A stretch of 39,161 nt of DNA from a virus (taxonomy: Duplodnaviria; Caudoviricetes): IMG/VR virus record IMGVR_UViG_3300013767_000191, positions 1 through 39,161 of that record; one strand, written 5' to 3'. Positions 34,862 through 39,161 of the stretch are shown piece by piece. Below the pieces are notes generated by a model. The model did not search any database. It was not told the DNA's origin and saw nothing but the letters and a program-made list of their open reading frames with translations. Every line of letters begins with the position of its first letter. The stretch's first letter is position 1. The position numbers and the translations under genes are program-made.

Positions 34862-36042
34862 TGTTGAAGCTGAAAAAAATTCTACAGGAGGTGGGCCGCC
34901 CTCAATCGGCCTTGGCCGAGTCGCTGAGCCTCAGCGGCGCCACGGTCGCCCAGTTGCTGAACCACGGCCAATGGCCGCGCAGTCTGGACAGTGACGAACT
35001 ACAGGGGCGCATTCGCATGTTCCTGACCGAGTCCGGCGCCAATGACGCCGATATCGCCAACGCATTTGAAGAAGTGGATCTGCCGTGCGCCAACACGACA
35101 GATCCGGCCCTTAAAAAAGAGCCGTCCGGGGAGGACGAACCTATGTTACTGCCAAAACAGACCCTTCAGCCAAATACCCGCAAAGCCTTCGGCTTGTTCC
35201 GCGACCCCTTTGACGAGTTGCAGAGCGCCCAGGACATGTGGGTCAGCCCTGATATTCGTTACGTCCGTGAGGTCATGTATCAGACCGCCCGCCACGGCGG
35301 CTTCCTCGCGGTCGAGGGGGAATCGGGCGCGGGCAAAAGCACGCTTCGCCGCGACTTGGCGAACCGAATCGCCGAAAACAACGACCCGGTGATCATCATT
35401 GAACCGTATGTGCTGGCGTCCGAAGACAACGACGCCAAGGGCAAATCCCTGAAAAGCACCCACATTGCCGAATCGATGATGGCCGCCGTTGCGCCGCTGG
35501 CCAAACCCAAGAGCAGCCCCGAGGCGCGGTTTGCCCAGTTGCACAAGGCGCTGAAAGAATCCCACGCCGCCGGTTACCGCCACTGCCTCGTCATTGAAGA
35601 GGCCCACAGCCTGCCGATTCCTACGCTCAAACACCTCAAGCGCATCCTGGAGCTGGAGGTCGGGTTCACCAAACTGGTCAGCATCATCATGATCGGCCAG
35701 CCCGAGCTGGGCGTGAAACTCAGCGAGCGCAACGCCGATGTCCGTGAGGTTGTGCAGCGTTGCGAGCGGGTCACGTTGACGCCGATTGAAACGTCCCGGC
35801 TGGAAGACTTCCTGAAATTCCGCTTCGACCGGGCCGGCAAGGCGCTCGCCGAAGTCATTGATGAGGGCGGCATTCAGGCAATCGCGGCGCGCTTGTCTCA
35901 GCCGAAGCGTAGCGGCGGCCGCGATGAAACCGTGTCGCTGCTTTACCCGCTGGCCATCGGCAACTTGATGATCGCGGCGCTGAATCTGGCCGCGCACCTC
36001 GGCGCGTCAATCGTCACCGCCGATGTAGTCAAGGGGGTGTGA
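34858..36042 (+). CDS. Transposition protein B (HTH + ExeA-like AAA ATPase)
   Basis: GESGAGKST, LVIEEAH and IGQPEL motifs. Confidence 0.93.
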   Translation: MMLKLKKILQEVGRPQSALAESLSLSGATVAQLLNHGQWPRSLDSDELQGRIRMFLTESGANDADIANAFEEVDLPCANTTDPALKKEPSGEDEPMLLPKQTLQPNTRKAFGLFRDPFDELQSAQDMWVSPDIRYVREVMYQTARHGGFLAVEGESGAGKSTLRRDLANRIAENNDPVIIIEPYVLASEDNDAKGKSLKSTHIAESMMAAVAPLAKPKSSPEARFAQLHKALKESHAAGYRHCLVIEEAHSLPIPTLKHLKRILELEVGFTKLVSIIMIGQPELGVKLSERNADVREVVQRCERVTLTPIETSRLEDFLKFRFDRAGKALAEVIDEGGIQAIAARLSQPKRSGGRDETVSLLYPLAIGNLMIAALNLAAHLGASIVTADVVKGV

Positions 36043-36043
36043 C

Positions 36044-36361
36044 ATGGCCGCTCTGTATCTCGTAGCCCCGCCGCCAGCCCCGCCGCTGAGCATCCTCGCC
36101 GAGGAGTTCCCGAAGAAACTCGCGGCCTTCAACGATCTGACCCGCGACATGCGTGAGGCGGGAATTGTCATCAAGGCGCTGGTGCTTTCGGACAACAAGA
36201 TTTTTGTCGATCACCATAGCCTCGATCTGCTGTCACGGCGGTTTGGCCATGAACTTCGCGGCATGCGCTGCAACGCCGAGGGGCGACTTTCCCGCAATAC
36301 CGCGACGATCCGGGGCGTTGGCGTTGTCTGGTTCACCTTGGTCAAGGAGCAGGACAAATGA
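36044..36361 (+). CDS. Hypothetical early protein
   Basis: Tightly packed ORF in the early operon. Confidence 0.7.
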   Translation: MAALYLVAPPPAPPLSILAEEFPKKLAAFNDLTRDMREAGIVIKALVLSDNKIFVDHHSLDLLSRRFGHELRGMRCNAEGRLSRNTATIRGVGVVWFTLVKEQDK

Positions 36362-36840
36362 GCCAGTCACTGAACGCCTCGATTGAGGCCTTGCAAGACG
36401 CGGTGTGGACGGAGTTGCCGACCATGTCTTGGAAAGACGCCATGAAGCACGTTTCAACTGTGCTGGAGCATGTCCACCGCCCATCCGCGCCGGCCGAGCA
36501 TCTGGCGGCGGCCAGCGCCGCCATAGCTGAAAGCCGGTTTTACGATGCTGGCCGGCATCTTCGCCGGGCGTTGATTGCTCTGGACATTCGTACCGGCGAA
36601 CGCGTTGTACGTCAGGCCGAGCTGTTGGACGCCTTCGACCAGGCTCACGCGGTGATGCCGTTCCTGTGGCTGGAGATTGGCTACAACAGGGTCAGCGATT
36701 GGCTGGTCACCGTAACCGACAAATCAGGCGGCGTTGAGCGTTTGGTCGTGCAGGTCGGCGGCTTGGGCGCTGATGAAACTTGCCGACGAGCTGCGCAACA
36801 GCTTCGCCAACTTCTGGAGGGTAAAACTAATGACCAATAA
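36358..36840 (+). CDS. Hypothetical early protein
   Basis: ATGA-coupled ORF with an AGGA SD. Confidence 0.7.
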   Translation: MSQSLNASIEALQDAVWTELPTMSWKDAMKHVSTVLEHVHRPSAPAEHLAAASAAIAESRFYDAGRHLRRALIALDIRTGERVVRQAELLDAFDQAHAVMPFLWLEIGYNRVSDWLVTVTDKSGGVERLVVQVGGLGADETCRRAAQQLRQLLEGKTNDQ

Positions 36841-37456
36841 TGACGCGTTGCAAATACCGCCGGGCTACCGCGTCGATGCCCTCGGGCGCATGGTGCCCGA
36901 GGCTTCCATCAAGCCTACGGATCTGTTGCGTGACAAGGTGGTGACGGATGCTGTTGACCAGGCGATGGCTATCAGCGCGACGTTGCTCAACTTCAAAGCG
37001 CATATTTTCGGCGAAATTGATGCGCTGCTTCAGATCAGCAAAGAGCAGTACGGCGTGGTGTCACGTGGCACGAAGGGCAATCTGACTTTGCTCAGTTTCG
37101 ACGGACGCTACAAGCTGATGCGCGCCAACCAGGATCAGATTGAATTCAACGAGCACCTCCAGTCCGCCAAGGCATTGCTCGATGAGTGCGCCCATGAATG
37201 GACGGCCAACTCGCACCCCGGCGTCCGCGTCCTGATCAATGACGCGTTCCGGGCTGACCGTAACGGCGAGTTGCGGACGGCCCGAATCCTGTCGCTACGC
37301 CGGCACGACATTGATGACCCGCGCTGGAAAAAGGCCATGGAGGCTATCGGCGATGCGATCCAGGTCGCGGGCAGCCGTAGCTACATCCGGTTTTACAAGC
37401 GCGTTGGCGATACCGACCGCTACGAAGCCATTCCACTTGATTTGGCGGGGGTGTGA
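36830..37456 (+). CDS. DUF3164 family protein
   Basis: DALGRMVP, KGNLTLLSFDG and SRSYIRFYKR...IPLDLA. Confidence 0.85.
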   Translation: MTNNDALQIPPGYRVDALGRMVPEASIKPTDLLRDKVVTDAVDQAMAISATLLNFKAHIFGEIDALLQISKEQYGVVSRGTKGNLTLLSFDGRYKLMRANQDQIEFNEHLQSAKALLDECAHEWTANSHPGVRVLINDAFRADRNGELRTARILSLRRHDIDDPRWKKAMEAIGDAIQVAGSRSYIRFYKRVGDTDRYEAIPLDLAGV

Positions 37457-37457
37457 T

Positions 37458-38150
37458 ATGGACAACAACCGTACGCTCGAAAAAATCAAAAAATGCCTGG
37501 AAATGGCGAAATCCAAAACCAGCAACCCACACGAAGCTGAGATCGCCCTACGCCAAGCCCATAAATTGATGGAGTTGTACAACCTCGAAATGGGCGACGT
37601 ACTGGCCAGCATGGCGTGCGAAGTCAAAATTGCCGCCGGCTCGGACGGCGTGCCGCCTACTTGGCGCTCACGTTTGGCCCAAGTGTGCGCCCATGCGTTC
37701 GGCACGCGAATAATCATTACTCACGGCTGGCATGGCGGCGGCTTTATCTTCGTCGGATGCGCGGCGGCGCCCGAGCTGGCCGGTTACGCGTATGAAGTGC
37801 TGGTTCGGCAGCTACAGAAGGCCCGCCGGGAGTTTCTTTCCCTTCCAAAACAGAAGCGCTGCAAGCGCTCCACCAAGGTCGCAAGGGGCGATCACTTTGC
37901 CAACGGTTGGATCGACGCGGTGTATCACAAGGTCGACGAGTTCGCGGGCGTGGACGACAACGTCGCCGAAGCCATTGAGGCGTTCATGGCCAAGCACCAC
38001 CCGGATCTGGGGACTGCGGAGCTCAAGCGACGCAAACTCAAGGCCCGCGATGAAGGCGCCGCCTCAGCCGGGTATGCGGCGGGCAAGTCGGCTCAATTGC
38101 ACCAGGCGGTGAGTCATCAGCCCCGCGCACGTTTGACGGCGGGGGTATGA
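37458..38150 (+). CDS. DUF2786 domain protein
   Basis: LEKIKKCLEMAKS..NPHEAEIALRQAHKLM. Confidence 0.85.
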   Translation: MDNNRTLEKIKKCLEMAKSKTSNPHEAEIALRQAHKLMELYNLEMGDVLASMACEVKIAAGSDGVPPTWRSRLAQVCAHAFGTRIIITHGWHGGGFIFVGCAAAPELAGYAYEVLVRQLQKARREFLSLPKQKRCKRSTKVARGDHFANGWIDAVYHKVDEFAGVDDNVAEAIEAFMAKHHPDLGTAELKRRKLKARDEGAASAGYAAGKSAQLHQAVSHQPRARLTAGV

Positions 38151-38338
38151 CGATGGCCTCTACAAGCACAGGCAAACTCACGTCCGGGGTGTTGGAGTTC
38201 CAGGCGATCTGCGACCAATGCCAACGGCCACGCATCGTGGGCAACCATGCTAAATGCAGCAAGATCCGGCAGCGGATCCACGCGGCCCGGAATGAGCGGC
38301 AAGGCGGCCCGCATTCGCGGTCAGGAGGTGCCCAGTGA
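38147..38338 (+). CDS. Small zinc-binding protein
   Basis: CDQC...HAKCSKIRQ, coupled at both ends. Confidence 0.65.
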   Translation: MTMASTSTGKLTSGVLEFQAICDQCQRPRIVGNHAKCSKIRQRIHAARNERQGGPHSRSGGAQ

Positions 38339-38802
38339 AAAAAGCGCCTGCCAATCCAAACCGCCTGCCATTGATCAAGCTGATTCACGTTGCCCGGCGT
38401 GAGCTGCGTATGGATGACGACACCTACCGCCTGATGCTGGCAGGCATGAAGGGATTGGATGGCGCGACGTCCACCGCTGACTTGAGCATTCCAAACCTGC
38501 ACCGGGTTTTGGAACAGCTCAAGTTGCGCGGCTTCACGGTTCGTCCAAAGAAGGCGCAACAGCGCCCGAAGGCGGCCGACGGGCAGTCGAGGAAAATCCG
38601 GTCGATGTGGTTGACCCTTCACGACCTCGGCGCGGTGCGCGACCCATCCGAGGAGGCGCTGGCAAAGTTCGTTTTAAACATGACTGGCGTTGCCGCCCTG
38701 CAATGGCTCAAAGGCGCGCAGGCAAGCCGGGTGATTGAAAACTTGAAGCAGTGGCAGCAGCGCGTTGAGTCTGCCCCGGCCGCCGCAAAGGAGGATGCAT
38801 GA
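38335..38802 (+). CDS. gemA: GemA (Mu gp16) family regulator
   Basis: IKLIHVARRELRMDDDTYR and VIENLKQW. Confidence 0.9.
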   Translation: MKKAPANPNRLPLIKLIHVARRELRMDDDTYRLMLAGMKGLDGATSTADLSIPNLHRVLEQLKLRGFTVRPKKAQQRPKAADGQSRKIRSMWLTLHDLGAVRDPSEEALAKFVLNMTGVAALQWLKGAQASRVIENLKQWQQRVESAPAAAKEDA

Positions 38803-39161
38803 CTGAGTTTCGAAGCAAAGGCCCCGAACTGCTGACAGACCTCACCGAACACATAGCGGTTGCGCTCGTTGAGCTGGTGTCGATGGAGGAAGCCGCCGCT
38901 CGGCATGTGGCGCAGGAAGTCTCTGACCGTATGGCGGCGCACTGGGGCGGCCAGAACCTGTATTTTCCGATGGGGCTATCGGTCAAGTTGAGCCGCCGTG
39001 ATCGCCAAATCTACGACGACTTCAATGGCACCAACCACAGCGAGCTGGCGCGCAAGTACGCCGTGTCGCTCCAGTGGATTTACAAGATCGTCAAGGCAGT
39101 CCGAAAGGACGAGATAGCGCGCCGTCAGGTTGATATGTTTGCCCCGCTCACTGACGACTGA
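38799..39161 (+). CDS. mor: Mor/C family transcription activator
   Basis: WGGQNLYFP...RDRQIYDDFNGTNHSELARKYAVSLQWIYKI. Confidence 0.92.
   Translation: MTEFRSKGPELLTDLTEHIAVALVELVSMEEAAARHVAQEVSDRMAAHWGGQNLYFPMGLSVKLSRRDRQIYDDFNGTNHSELARKYAVSLQWIYKIVKAVRKDEIARRQVDMFAPLTDD

Larger units (their letters stand above)
1..39161. mobile_element. Transposable Mu-like prophage (BcepMu/B3-type layout, contractile tail); termini not included
   Basis: DDE transposase plus AAA B protein, GemA, Mor, Com, Mu-type portal/terminase/gpF/gpG/gp36/gp37 and P2-type tail genes. The early operon diverges from a central repressor. Confidence 0.96.

Noticed and set aside
1-39161. Phage termini (TG...CA), target duplication, tRNA/rRNA, DGR or invertase
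   Set aside because: The window starts and ends at stop codons of phage genes, and no such elements were recognised.

Overview
The whole window is one nearly complete transposable (Mu-like) prophage with BcepMu/B3-type layout. The host is probably a Pseudomonas, inferred from the high GC and a Pseudomonas-type attC. A central divergent repressor/Ner-like switch (~30.3-31.0 kb) drives a + strand early operon: DUF3102, DDE transposase A, AAA transposase B, DUF3164, DUF2786, GemA and Mor. A long - strand late region carries lysis genes, Mu-type terminase/portal/F/G, protease-scaffold, a lambda-type capsid and decoration protein, a P2-type contractile tail and a tail fibre. The phage ends lie outside the window. 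Three features stand out. (1) Where Mu has com-mom, this phage has com + a 50-aa ORF + an ABC-ATPase/GNAT fusion + a 10-formyl-THF-dependent formyltransferase, a candidate DNA formylation/acylation system. (2) A V-x-G-x-x-N-R-V-A-x-R-D motif is shared by the repressor C-terminus and the N-terminus of the adjacent membrane protein, resembling amyloid-signalling pairs. (3) A 78-bp integron attC-like site sits among the accessory genes. Also seen: four copies of a 21-bp late-promoter motif, several morons (O-acyltransferase, YfbU family, HEPN-like, small membrane protein), a frameshifted gpU, an embedded o-spanin and palindromes inside the DUF3102 gene. All family assignments come from motif recognition and synteny, not database searches.
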